From: a virus
Taxonomy: Duplodnaviria > Caudoviricetes
IMG/VR virus record: IMGVR_UViG_3300031519_003499
Span: 1 to 53,394 of that record
Length of the DNA stretch: 53,394 bases
Direction: 5' to 3' (one strand)
In this document: piece after piece, positions 27,028 through 37,122 of the stretch
Position numbering within the stretch: position 1 is the first letter of the stretch
How the letters are laid out: the number at the start of each line of letters is the position of its first letter
The notes under the pieces: model-generated
Databases searched by the model: none
Told to the model about the DNA's origin: nothing
The model's input: only the letters and a program-made list of their open reading frames with translations
Position numbers and translations under genes: made by a program

Positions 27028-27549
27028 TTATCTCAGGAACTCGGTCCAATCCAGGTCAAACTGGATTGAATCTATTCTGTGTACACCTATTAAGTATAAC
27101 ACATAACTTGCTACACTTGATCCTCTGCCCACACCCCAAACAATGTCGTTCTCACGCATAAAGTCTACAAGATAGCACATATAACGCAACAGTGGTATCA
27201 TACCACGTTCAGTAAATGCTTGTAGTTCTTCTCGAACTCGGTCTCGTTGTTCGTAAGTAAGTTCTCTATTGTTTAAAAAACGTACTACATCAAGCTCTTT
27301 ATATTCATCAGGCATAAACCATTCACTTTGTAATGCACCGTCAAAAGTCTTTTGATCTACATCTAGCGGAATATAAGTTGTAAGTTCGGGGAGATATTGC
27401 TCACGCATTACTGCGTTAAACTTGTCTATGTCATCTGAAGGGTTGCATAATACAACATGACACTTGTCAACATGACCGCTATAGATCATATCAACAAGGT
27501 CTTTGTTTGTAAATCGTGGGATACCGAGTTCGTCTGTTTTCATAAGCAT
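27028..27549 (-). CDS. Stand-alone fragment homologous to the DNA polymerase III alpha (DnaE) palm region
   Basis: WGVGRGSSVASYVLYLIG...ID.I.FDL...FL matches DnaE GRGSxxGSLVxY...DP...L.FERF. Confidence 0.8.
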   Translation of the reverse strand: MLMKTDELGIPRFTNKDLVDMIYSGHVDKCHVVLCNPSDDIDKFNAVMREQYLPELTTYIPLDVDQKTFDGALQSEWFMPDEYKELDVVRFLNNRELTYEQRDRVREELQAFTERGMIPLLRYMCYLVDFMRENDIVWGVGRGSSVASYVLYLIGVHRIDSIQFDLDWTEFLR

Positions 27550-27555
27550 ACACTT

Positions 27556-27584
27556 ATTTTAACTTATATTGATTAAACTGTCAA
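27556..27584 (-). promoter_or_regulatory. sigma70-type promoter giving a leaderless transcript
   Basis: TTGACA-17 nt-TAAAAT, 6 nt before ATG 27549. Confidence 0.7.
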
Positions 27585-27789
27585 GTCCTGAATCAAGATC
27601 TTTTTGACTTTCTGCCCATTTTCTAGCTTGTCGGTCTTTACTTTCAAACTGGTGTGCTTCTAATTGTGATGCAATTTGTTGCTGTACATGAGGATTAGAA
27701 GTCTTCCAGTATTTCGATGTAAGATCAGAAATACGACTTTCTAGCTCAGCATCAGTTAGCCCGTATATTCTTCCAAACGGATCATCCAT
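27559..27789 (-). CDS. Hypothetical protein
   Basis: 76 aa helical ORF coupled to the upstream gene. Confidence 0.7.
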   Translation of the reverse strand: MDDPFGRIYGLTDAELESRISDLTSKYWKTSNPHVQQQIASQLEAHQFESKDRQARKWAESQKDLDSGLDSLINIS

Positions 27790-28382
27790 TAGAGACTAAA
27801 TTGTCCTTTATAGTCAAGATACACATTTTGTCCGCCGTTATATGTCCATGCTTCGATCAAAGTTTCTGTTGTTGCACTATTGATTACAAAATCACCTGCG
27901 GTTAAGAACGCTGTAAATGCTGCTGAATATTTAAATGTACCAGCATTTTCTGTAGACCAAATTACAGTTCTAGCATCTCCAGCATTAGACGTTAGCTGTA
28001 ACGCCATTTTGCCGTAACCAGTATCTGGCCAGTTTGAAAGTGTTAATGTCACGTTACTTAAAGAACCAGTGTCATATGTTAACTCCATTGCTTGATAGTG
28101 TCCACGATTGTATTCAATTGGTGAATTTGTTTGTACAGTACCAACACTGTTAAATCCAAACTGTGCTTGATTTAGTTCAACTTGTTGAATCTTGTTAAAA
28201 TTCATTAAGTTGTCAACATTATTTTTAACAGTACTAAGTTGTAATGCACTTACTTCGTCTTTTGCAGATTCGAAACTATTTCTAATAGTTCCAAAGTTAT
28301 CTCGAAATCCTTGTGAGTCGTTATCAACGCCAGCAATCGGAAATGCTTCGTTAATGTCTTGATAGTTAATATTGCTTGCCAT
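27789..28382 (-). CDS. Probable virion structural (baseplate-associated) protein
   Basis: FPIAGVDNDSQGFRDNF N-terminal motif, beta-rich C-terminus; TAAATA at 28401-28406. Confidence 0.65.
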   Translation of the reverse strand: MASNINYQDINEAFPIAGVDNDSQGFRDNFGTIRNSFESAKDEVSALQLSTVKNNVDNLMNFNKIQQVELNQAQFGFNSVGTVQTNSPIEYNRGHYQAMELTYDTGSLSNVTLTLSNWPDTGYGKMALQLTSNAGDARTVIWSTENAGTFKYSAAFTAFLTAGDFVINSATTETLIEAWTYNGGQNVYLDYKGQFSL

Positions 28383-28403
28383 TGTTTATTTCTCCATTAG
28401 TAT

Positions 28404-31400
28404 TTATATTGACTTATTATTCTTAGGCCAAACTATGAACTGTGTATTACTATTACCTAGTGTAGCATCAATAACATATCTATCTACAAAGTAGTTAAAG
28501 TTTGAGAATTCAAAGTCCGAACTAGCTATGTAGTTGTTAACTTTTAATAATAGTTGTTGTCCTGTTCCAGGTTTTGCATATGCTATCGGAACAGCTCTTA
28601 CATAGCCTGGTTGTTTTCCTGTTGCAGTCTGTCTAGTTTTCATCCATAGTGGTAAGAATCTATTGTCTGTTAGACCTACAGTTTGTATTCTATTTCTCAT
28701 ATTAGTAATTGTACTAATATGTTTTTTATTAGGAGCATCAGGATTAACATCACTGTCAACAGTTAACGGTTGTTCGTTTGCTCTAAAGAATGCCGGATCT
28801 TGTCTGTTGTATAAAGCATCTTCAGGATCAATTATGCCCTTAATAAAGTCTGCACCAGTTTGATCAGCAGTTATCGGTTTGCTAGGAGTTTTTAAAATTA
28901 CAGTTTCAGCAGCTGAAACTAAATCTTCTAGGTTGCCAGTGCTAAATTTTTCATATGGATCTAGTAATTCTAAATATAATACTTCGTATGTGACATCGTC
29001 TTGAGCAGCTTCTCTAGCTTCTGCAACTTTAAGATTACCTAATAGTAGTGATCTAGGTTTATGACCAAACGCCGTTACTGCTGCAAACTCTCCATATCCC
29101 TTAGCTTCAATGCCTGAATATATTAAGCTTGTTAGATTTCTTTGAATTCCAAAATTTTCATCATATGGTCTGTAGATAATATCAGTACTAAACACATTAG
29201 AATTACTAATAAATTCTGACCATTCTTTTTTCTTAGCTGGTGCTAGTAGCGGTCGTATGTACAAATTACTATATGCACGATCTGCTAATGGTGTTATGTT
29301 AATTGTGAATTTTCTCTGTACAGCATTAATAGTAAATTTATCTCTAGCTTCAATAGTAAATGTATAACTTCTATCTAGTGTAGTTGCTGTATTATCTAAA
29401 GTTAAGAATCCGTTATCAAAAATAGTAATACCTAACTCGTCATTTGAACTAAACTGTCTAACCTTGCCAATAATTTCACCGTCTTCGATTAACGACAATC
29501 CATATGGTAGTTTGCCACTAACTAGCTTGTATACAACACTTGTTCCTGGGAACGTACTTTTAGCAACAACGTTAGCAGTACTAACACTGTTAGCTGCAAT
29601 GTTTCCTAGGTCGGATGGTGTAATCCAACTAATAGCACCATCAGCTTCACCTTGTACTCTAAGTGTAAACTGCTTCCTTTCAGAAATATATTCATCATTA
29701 CTTAATTCTAGTACTGTTGTACTAAATGCAAATGACATCTGATCAGTTGAAGGATTTGGATTAGCAAATTCTAATGCTTGTCCAAATGTCACTCTAACAT
29801 AATTAACAGAATTTTGTTCAATTTCTTCCACTGCAATAACTTCAATGTTTTTACGCTTTACCGGATCGTATATTGTCGAACCAACAGTATCTAATAGGCT
29901 TACACTTTTAGTAGGATCAAATAATACTTGCGTGTCGCCAACAGCAAATGCGCTTGCAACATAACCATAAGATACTTCTACGTCTGCTACATTGGGATTG
30001 TACCTAGTTGCTCGTATTGTAAAGTTAAACTCTCTAGTTACTTCTGGTTGGTATGGATATCTTCCTGCAACTTCGCCGGTGATATAATCAAGAGTAAGTC
30101 CAGTTGGTAATATACTCGGAGAGCCGTCAACGTTAACTGGTTCTAATTGATAATCAATCGGACCAATAATAGTGTTAGGATCAAATACATCTATCACAAG
30201 TGTAATAAAGCTACCTGCACGTTTCACACCGAGGTTACTAGGTGTTGTGAATATAGGTTTACGCACAAATGTCATATCTGCTGTAAATATTTCCTGGTCC
30301 GAGTTTGAACTTACGTTATCAGCTCTTGCGGCATCGTCTCCAACAACAAAGATTTTAAACTGGCGCCTTGCAATACTATCACCGTCATTAACACTTACTA
30401 TAAACTCGTAGAATCTGTTTGCTTTGCGAGGTGATCTAGTTGCATCTGCTTCGTCATAACCAATGTTATCATATAAAAAGCTATCATAACCGCTTTGAGA
30501 TCTTATAGCATAATCATAAGGATTATAATCATATCGATCAGACCCGTAGCCTCCGCCTGTAACTGCATTATAGTCTAAAGGAATAACAGGATCAGTAAAT
30601 CCAAAAATTCGTCCTTCACTAGTTAGGGTTAATCCAGGAGGAAGTTCTCCGCTATCGTCTCCAATAAAGAATTCAAGTTCTTGTCCTGCTGCAATATCGT
30701 CGTCTGTTGCTAATAAATTAATATCAACAAAGTCGCCATCTAGAACAAAAAATGTATTGTTCGATCCAACTGCAAGATTGCCTTCAGCAGTTAACCAGAC
30801 AGGATCATCAGGCCCTTCAACAGTTAATTTAAAAGTTCTATCTTCAACAACTTGATCAGAATTGTATTTCGCTCTAATAACAAAATCATAATCAGTAGTA
30901 TTAGCAATTTCTAAAGGTGTACCTCGCAGACGTTGTCTGTCTATTCTTAACCCTAGCGGTAACTCTCCACTAATGACATTAAATGTAACATCATTTAATC
31001 CTTCTCTAATACCAGTACCGTTATCTAGTAGCGGCTCACCGTAAAACTGTTTGCCTATTAAATAAGGATACGTGCTAACTGCCGGGGCATCGGTTTCTAC
31101 ACTTGCAAAGTATGCATATGTTCCTGCAGGATATTCTGGAGTTACACAGAATCTTCCGTTGTGTATATCAAGCGTTCCACTATTCTCTATCCACGCCCAG
31201 TCTTCTTCGTAATAACCGTCTCGAGTATCACCATTTTGTCTGTTGTCAGATCTAACAGAATAACCCGAAGTCATAAATTTAGGATAACTGTTAGCGTCTA
31301 ATGGATCACTATATCCCAAGCTTCCGTATATTGGATATCCGTCTAATGCATAACCTATAATCGGACTATGCTGTACTCCGGAAATATAATTAATCCAATC

Positions 31401-32372
31401 TCTTTCAAATGTATTAACAAACTCGGTATTTTCACGATCAAATACTGACACATTATTAGTAGTTTTAGGTACTTCGACATCGCCGCTTCGAGTGCCTACT
31501 GTAAATGTATTTACTGCACTGTTTACTGCAAAGCCGTATTTAGAATCTCTTGCATATGTTACTATTCTATTTGAGTTTACTATTAAACTGCCAGGTGATT
31601 GTAAATTACTAACCCAAAAATCATTATTATACGATACTATTTGATTAATAGAATAACTTATACTATCATCATATAGTTCTTTATAATTAGTAGGTTTGAA
31701 ATATAATAATTGAGGATCTTTTAGATAATGGTAATCGCCAAGCACAGAAGGCGGTCCTGAACCATCAACTACTACTGCTCCATTTTGTATACTTAATACA
31801 GAGTTACGAGTTAATGCCTCGCCTTCAACATTATCTATCTTACTAGATTTATGATTATATATAGGGACGCCGTTTGATGCAATTCCTACTGGACCAACTG
31901 GAGTGTCTACTTTAGTTATAGCTACAGCTGGTTCTATTGGCAATGTAAATAACCAATTCTGGATATCTACTGAAAAGCTATTTTGTGGATTTGGATATGG
32001 ACCAAATGCATGCTCCGGTATTCCTATTGAACTTATATAAAATCTAGTATTATCAAAATCAGTAAATGTACTATCGCCGCCAAATGCTGAAGTTTGTAGA
32101 ACAGTTGTATTCGAACCAAGGTTAACCGGTAACAGAATATCAAATGTATCACCTTCGGTTATTTCTACATTAAATTCTGTCCAGTAATCTAAATTTCTAG
32201 GAAGTATGCTTTGTCCGCCAACTAACGGATTATCTTTTATTGCACGAAATGTTGTTCCGTTGAATGATACAACATCATTTATGTTATATGCTGTAAGAAA
32301 ATCATAATCAGAACCTAATAATATTGTTCCAAGATTAAAATTTGATTGTTGCTTCCAAATGCTCGTAGCCAT
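28404..32372 (-). CDS. Large virion structural protein with YHYH-like domain and Ig-like repeats
   Basis: GIASNGVPIYN, DYHY, HSPIIGYALDGYPIYG, LDIHNGRFCVTPEYP; repeated GELPxGLxL motifs; TAAATA at 32397-32402. Confidence 0.75.
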   Translation of the reverse strand: MATSIWKQQSNFNLGTILLGSDYDFLTAYNINDVVSFNGTTFRAIKDNPLVGGQSILPRNLDYWTEFNVEITEGDTFDILLPVNLGSNTTVLQTSAFGGDSTFTDFDNTRFYISSIGIPEHAFGPYPNPQNSFSVDIQNWLFTLPIEPAVAITKVDTPVGPVGIASNGVPIYNHKSSKIDNVEGEALTRNSVLSIQNGAVVVDGSGPPSVLGDYHYLKDPQLLYFKPTNYKELYDDSISYSINQIVSYNNDFWVSNLQSPGSLIVNSNRIVTYARDSKYGFAVNSAVNTFTVGTRSGDVEVPKTTNNVSVFDRENTEFVNTFERDWINYISGVQHSPIIGYALDGYPIYGSLGYSDPLDANSYPKFMTSGYSVRSDNRQNGDTRDGYYEEDWAWIENSGTLDIHNGRFCVTPEYPAGTYAYFASVETDAPAVSTYPYLIGKQFYGEPLLDNGTGIREGLNDVTFNVISGELPLGLRIDRQRLRGTPLEIANTTDYDFVIRAKYNSDQVVEDRTFKLTVEGPDDPVWLTAEGNLAVGSNNTFFVLDGDFVDINLLATDDDIAAGQELEFFIGDDSGELPPGLTLTSEGRIFGFTDPVIPLDYNAVTGGGYGSDRYDYNPYDYAIRSQSGYDSFLYDNIGYDEADATRSPRKANRFYEFIVSVNDGDSIARRQFKIFVVGDDAARADNVSSNSDQEIFTADMTFVRKPIFTTPSNLGVKRAGSFITLVIDVFDPNTIIGPIDYQLEPVNVDGSPSILPTGLTLDYITGEVAGRYPYQPEVTREFNFTIRATRYNPNVADVEVSYGYVASAFAVGDTQVLFDPTKSVSLLDTVGSTIYDPVKRKNIEVIAVEEIEQNSVNYVRVTFGQALEFANPNPSTDQMSFAFSTTVLELSNDEYISERKQFTLRVQGEADGAISWITPSDLGNIAANSVSTANVVAKSTFPGTSVVYKLVSGKLPYGLSLIEDGEIIGKVRQFSSNDELGITIFDNGFLTLDNTATTLDRSYTFTIEARDKFTINAVQRKFTINITPLADRAYSNLYIRPLLAPAKKKEWSEFISNSNVFSTDIIYRPYDENFGIQRNLTSLIYSGIEAKGYGEFAAVTAFGHKPRSLLLGNLKVAEAREAAQDDVTYEVLYLELLDPYEKFSTGNLEDLVSAAETVILKTPSKPITADQTGADFIKGIIDPEDALYNRQDPAFFRANEQPLTVDSDVNPDAPNKKHISTITNMRNRIQTVGLTDNRFLPLWMKTRQTATGKQPGYVRAVPIAYAKPGTGQQLLLKVNNYIASSDFEFSNFNYFVDRYVIDATLGNSNTQFIVWPKNNKSI

Positions 32373-32413
32373 TAGATTCCTACCTACCCTTTGTAGTATT
32401 TAGCTTGTGATTA

Positions 32414-34021
32414 TTATTGAGGGCCAGTTGGATTTTGCTGATCATTTCTTAACGCGAAGCCGCCACCGTTTATTACTCTAGCTGTTCCTGTCATAAAGTT
32501 CTGCATTGCTTTATTATAAGGATTAAATAGGTATCGGTTAGGGCCACCTAACAAGCTAGTTGCATCAGTATAGTCATTAGTTAATCCAGTGTCATTAAGT
32601 TGATCAGTTTTAGAATTTGCAATTAACCAAGCAGATACTTGTGCAGGTGTTTTTGCTGGATATGCTTGCAAGTACAATGCTGCTACTCCTGCAACCTGCG
32701 GAGATGCCATTGACGTTCCGCTAATGCTCATAGATTTATATGCTTCGTTAAGTGGATACGCTACTGGAGTAGCACCAAATTTATTAGTAACAGACGTTGT
32801 ACTCATAATTCCTGTGCCAGGCGCTAGTATGTTTACACCTGGGCCATGTTCACTAGATGCTGCACGAACTTCGCCGCCAGTAACGTTATCATCAATATTT
32901 CCCACTACCATAGCACGAGTACTAAATGGTGACCCGCCTCTATGATAATATATATCAGAACCGCCACTTGTGTAAAAATTATCGTAGTCTACGCCACCAT
33001 CGACGTCAATTTTTTGATATGAGTTGCCAGCAGCAATACATACAATGATTCCTGCATCAATCATTTCTTCTACATCTGCATCAACAGATGCCACTCGTAC
33101 TACATGCCTATAGCCTGAAACAGATACTTGTGCGCCTACCATGCCTCTAGCTGTATCTCTAGTAGTTCCTGTCCAAGCAACGCCGCGATACTCTCCAGCT
33201 GTAATGTTACTAAACACTCTGCCGTAACCCCAGCTCATGTTAACAATAGTAGGACGTTTGGAACCAGTTAGCTCATCTACAGGTTTATTATTATGCCAAC
33301 CTGTAATAACATCAAAACAATCAGTTGTAGGAATACCAGTTCCAGTATCGCCTGGTCCTTCAAGTCCGCCAACCTTTACGCTAAAGATTTGTGAGTTCTT
33401 TGCCCATCCATAGTTTTTACCTGCTGCAATACCTGCACAGTGTGTACCATGTCCATCGTAGTCTCTATAATGGTTAGCGTTTTGTACTCCAGACAATCCG
33501 CTGCGACTATACCAGTCAATTAGTTCTACTCTTGATTGTCCGTTTGCATTATTAAATTCAGGATGTGAATATTCTATTCCACTATCTTGTATAACTATAT
33601 CCACTCCACTACCGTCAAGATTATAAGTGTGATTAGCACCAGCTGGAACTGCTGTGGTTGTATAAGGATTAGCTGCTCTATCACAACGTAGTAGTCCCCA
33701 ATTTACTCTAGTAGCATCAACAGTTGAACCTGTACGATCCATTGTTGTGCCAGCTTGTGTTGCGTACTGTACCATTTCAATATCGTCACGCTGGTCTGGC
33801 GGAATCTCTACTGCTGTAACACGACTGTCGCTACTTAGTGCTGTTGCTTCAGCGTCTGTTAATGAGTAGTGTGTATTTCGTGTACTTAATGGTCTTGCAT
33901 TAGTAACTTCAACAGTACGTTGCGGAATATCTCCTGCACCAGTTGATGCAATCATCTCTGCATTAAATGCTTCATAATCTACACCCTTATTAAGGGTTAC
34001 GATATATTCTCTTTCAGACAT
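32414..34021 (-). CDS. Subtilisin-like serine protease (S8)
   Basis: Catalytic triad motifs VIQDSG, HGTHCAG, SGTSMASP; AAGN oxyanion motif. Confidence 0.93.
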   Translation of the reverse strand: MSEREYIVTLNKGVDYEAFNAEMIASTGAGDIPQRTVEVTNARPLSTRNTHYSLTDAEATALSSDSRVTAVEIPPDQRDDIEMVQYATQAGTTMDRTGSTVDATRVNWGLLRCDRAANPYTTTAVPAGANHTYNLDGSGVDIVIQDSGIEYSHPEFNNANGQSRVELIDWYSRSGLSGVQNANHYRDYDGHGTHCAGIAAGKNYGWAKNSQIFSVKVGGLEGPGDTGTGIPTTDCFDVITGWHNNKPVDELTGSKRPTIVNMSWGYGRVFSNITAGEYRGVAWTGTTRDTARGMVGAQVSVSGYRHVVRVASVDADVEEMIDAGIIVCIAAGNSYQKIDVDGGVDYDNFYTSGGSDIYYHRGGSPFSTRAMVVGNIDDNVTGGEVRAASSEHGPGVNILAPGTGIMSTTSVTNKFGATPVAYPLNEAYKSMSISGTSMASPQVAGVAALYLQAYPAKTPAQVSAWLIANSKTDQLNDTGLTNDYTDATSLLGGPNRYLFNPYNKAMQNFMTGTARVINGGGFALRNDQQNPTGPQ

Positions 34022-34034
34022 TATATTTTTCCTA

Positions 34035-36281
34035 TTAAGCTACTGTTATTGTTCCGTACATTGCGCCACCGTGATTAGTACATACATAGTAAAGTGATGT
34101 CGGAGCATCCATAGGAACAGTCCAAACATAAGTACCTTGTATACTACCACTTGTTCCTGTAGTATACAACGCACCTGATGAATATCCCGATACACCTGGA
34201 TCACTTGTTTGTAAGTTAAACGGATGTGATGCACCATTTGCAGTGTTATCAAATACATATGTATGTCCACGATATACTGTAAAGTTTGGATCGTTTACTG
34301 TTCCTGTAAATCCTGGGCCAGTAAACGTAAAGTCTGTTGTGCCGTTAGCGCCAAGTGTCCAGCCAATAGTTGGACTCAACATAGGCATCCACATACCTGC
34401 TGTATATACATGCGGTTGTGGTAATGTAGCATCTTCAACAAATGCAGTATCACCACTTGCTGGTGTAAAGTCTGTACCTAGTCCGCTGAGCGTATACTGT
34501 GCTAGAGTAAATAAGCCGTCGGTTATCTTAACTTGGCCGTTTGGTACACTTATTTCTAAGTTTGTATCTGATTCTAAACGTGGAACGCCTGCACCTGATG
34601 TTGTAATATTTGTTGCATCAAGTTCGTCAACTGACAAACGTCCGTCAACTGTAACATCACTTACAAATGTAGTAATATTATCAATTGTAATACTTGAACT
34701 ATCTGTAGTTCCAATGTTAGTACCAGCAATATCTAATCCACTGATTGTAACAGTGCCGCCTGCAAGATTTTGTAGAGCAACAGTTCCAATTCCTGCATTA
34801 ATTGCAACATTTCCATTAACTGATGCTATTGCAATCCCTTGTCCAGAAGTTTCTTCTTGAATGTCTGACACTTTAATTGCGTTAGCAAATGTTGTTTCTG
34901 CTGCACTAACAGTTGTGTTTACTGTTGGGTCAAAGAACTTACCGTCTACATATTGTTTAGTTGTAGCATGAAGTGCTGTTGTTGGATCGCCTGACAATGT
35001 AAGTGCGCCAAGCATCGGAATTGCTCCACTTGTTGGAAGCTTAGTGTTATCTTCAACAGAAATGTTTGCACTACCGTCGAATCCAACGCCGTTAATTGTT
35101 CTTGGAGTTGATAGGGTATCTGCTGTTGTGGCTGCAATGCTACCTGTAGCAGTTAAGTTGCCGCCAACAGTTAAGTCACCTGTTACTGTCGCGCCCAGTG
35201 TCGTTGTACCAGCAAATGTTGCTCCACTAAAGTCAACTGAACCTGTTACTACAATACCATTTGTATCTGTTACTGTTGTTCCTGACCCATTGTCTATTAA
35301 ACTTAGACCTTGTCCTGCTAATGTAAGTGAACCTGCTGTAGCTGTTACTGTTGTGCCAGTTGCGCCTGTGATACCTACTGTTGATGCACTATTAATAGTA
35401 GTTGATACTACAGTTCCAAATGTACCAGTTGTTGCTTCTACTGTTTTTGCATCTGCATCAACCATTACTAATGCTTCGTCGTTTGATGTAACTGATCCAA
35501 CCATGTCGCCGTCTACATCACCAACTAAAAGACCTTGTAATTCACCAAAGAAGGTAGCAGCCCCTTGGGCATTAAGTTGTCCGTCAATAATTACTGTAGT
35601 GCCATTATTTGCATAACCAGCATCTAAAGTTACATTACCTGTTAAATTACCAGTTACGTTACCTGTTACATTCCCTAATAGGGCAGCTGATACTGTTCCG
35701 GAGATTGCAGAAGCGTTAATTGAACTATTTAAATAATCAACTAGTACAGTACTATCTTCACCTATAACATTACCAAATAATCCGCCGTCGGCTGGTGTGT
35801 TAATAGTTACTGCGTTTACTGTACTAAAATTGCCTGTAACTGCTGTAACTGCTAACCAAGCTGCATCTCCAGCACCTAAATTATATGTACTACCAGTTTC
35901 TGGAACTATATTACTTGTAACTCCAGCAGCAAAAGAAACTGTATCGCCGCCGCCGCCGTCACCAATATTAACATTGCCTGATGCTGTAATTGTTCCGGTA
36001 ATATTAATATTACCTGTGCCAACAATATCGTTTCCTCTCAGATGTAAATTTCCGTCTAAGAACGGATCATTCAGTGCAGCTTGTGCTTCTGAATAAAATG
36101 GATCACTTGGCGGAACAGATAACCCTGCTACAACGCCTCCACCTGATGCCGGGTTTCCACCAGCTGTAGTTCCATCACCAACAAAAATTTGCTTATTGTC
36201 AGTAGTATATACAAGTTCCCCAACTTGAGGAGTGTACAAAAGCCTATCAGCTTCTAAACCTCTTTTTAATTTTAGTGCCAT
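34035..36281 (-). CDS. Tail fibre with Mtd_N-like N-terminus and cupredoxin-like C-terminus
   Basis: LKLKRG...GELVYTTDNKQIFVGDG; GNVT repeats; HPF...YYVCTNHGGAM; TAAATA at 36323-36328. Confidence 0.75.
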   Translation of the reverse strand: MALKLKRGLEADRLLYTPQVGELVYTTDNKQIFVGDGTTAGGNPASGGGVVAGLSVPPSDPFYSEAQAALNDPFLDGNLHLRGNDIVGTGNINITGTITASGNVNIGDGGGGDTVSFAAGVTSNIVPETGSTYNLGAGDAAWLAVTAVTGNFSTVNAVTINTPADGGLFGNVIGEDSTVLVDYLNSSINASAISGTVSAALLGNVTGNVTGNLTGNVTLDAGYANNGTTVIIDGQLNAQGAATFFGELQGLLVGDVDGDMVGSVTSNDEALVMVDADAKTVEATTGTFGTVVSTTINSASTVGITGATGTTVTATAGSLTLAGQGLSLIDNGSGTTVTDTNGIVVTGSVDFSGATFAGTTTLGATVTGDLTVGGNLTATGSIAATTADTLSTPRTINGVGFDGSANISVEDNTKLPTSGAIPMLGALTLSGDPTTALHATTKQYVDGKFFDPTVNTTVSAAETTFANAIKVSDIQEETSGQGIAIASVNGNVAINAGIGTVALQNLAGGTVTISGLDIAGTNIGTTDSSSITIDNITTFVSDVTVDGRLSVDELDATNITTSGAGVPRLESDTNLEISVPNGQVKITDGLFTLAQYTLSGLGTDFTPASGDTAFVEDATLPQPHVYTAGMWMPMLSPTIGWTLGANGTTDFTFTGPGFTGTVNDPNFTVYRGHTYVFDNTANGASHPFNLQTSDPGVSGYSSGALYTTGTSGSIQGTYVWTVPMDAPTSLYYVCTNHGGAMYGTITVA

Positions 36282-36336
36282 TTTGATTCATCTCCGTTTG
36301 GTAATGGTAATATTAACATTAGTATTTATTTCTTTC

Positions 36337-37092
36337 TTAAGATCCGCTGTAACTACCAAATATTCCAAAGTCAGGACCAGCCACATCTGGTTGATTAATT
36401 TGTCCTTGATCTAAGTCAATTTGTGATAGTAAATATGGTATAACTGTATCAAACGATCCGTTTATAGGGCCAAAGTCAAAACTAGTTAAAGCCGATTCTA
36501 TTGTTCGTATATCTATTTCGTGTACAAGACCTGTTACGTTTCCAGTTACGTTTCCAGTCAGCTCACCAATATCTGCAACTGTTGCAGTTACTTCGCCAAG
36601 AACATTGATATTACCAGATCCGGTAATATTATTTCCGTTTAGATCTAAGTTAGCACCTAGTTGCGGATTTGTATCTTGCGAAAGGCTTGTAGCATTACTA
36701 TTAATAGTAACTACATTATCTGTAACTGTTGTGGTAATATTTGTACCACCTGCTATAGTTAATGTATCAGATCCAACTTGTATTATGTCTGTTGCAGTGC
36801 CGTCTGATATTGTTAAGTCTCCTGCACTAGTTGCAGTTACAATAATTGTGTCTCCGGTACCGTCTAATCCTATTCCGGATCCTGCTTCTATCTTTTTAAA
36901 CTGAAACTCGCCGTCTAGTTTTTGTTTAAACAGTCCTTCTCCGTTAGATCCTACATTTAGGGCTGTGTTATCCAGCCCTAAATTATCTTCAAGAAAAACA
37001 AAGTTTTCGTTTATTTTTGCAAAAGCAGATCTGATATCGTCGCCAGTTCCGTCGTTAGCAATAAACCCAATGTTGATTTGTCTAATAGCCAT
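36337..37092 (-). CDS. Baseplate/fibre protein with T4 gp10-like N-terminus
   Basis: INIGFIANDGTGDDIRSAFAKINENF; DTNPQLGANLDLNG; TAAATA at 37109-37114. Confidence 0.72.
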   Translation of the reverse strand: MAIRQINIGFIANDGTGDDIRSAFAKINENFVFLEDNLGLDNTALNVGSNGEGLFKQKLDGEFQFKKIEAGSGIGLDGTGDTIIVTATSAGDLTISDGTATDIIQVGSDTLTIAGGTNITTTVTDNVVTINSNATSLSQDTNPQLGANLDLNGNNITGSGNINVLGEVTATVADIGELTGNVTGNVTGLVHEIDIRTIESALTSFDFGPINGSFDTVIPYLLSQIDLDQGQINQPDVAGPDFGIFGSYSGS

Positions 37093-37122
37093 TTGTACTC
37101 CTTATTAGTATTTATCAGTACC

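Noticed and set aside
34035-36281. Diversity-generating retroelement suggested by the Mtd_N-like domain
   Set aside because: No reverse transcriptase and no template/variable repeat pair seen in the window; the domain is a common fibre anchor
35620-36560. Short tandem repeats (GTTACATTACC-like)
   Set aside because: They encode G-N-V/L-T fibre repeats; no spacers, so not CRISPR
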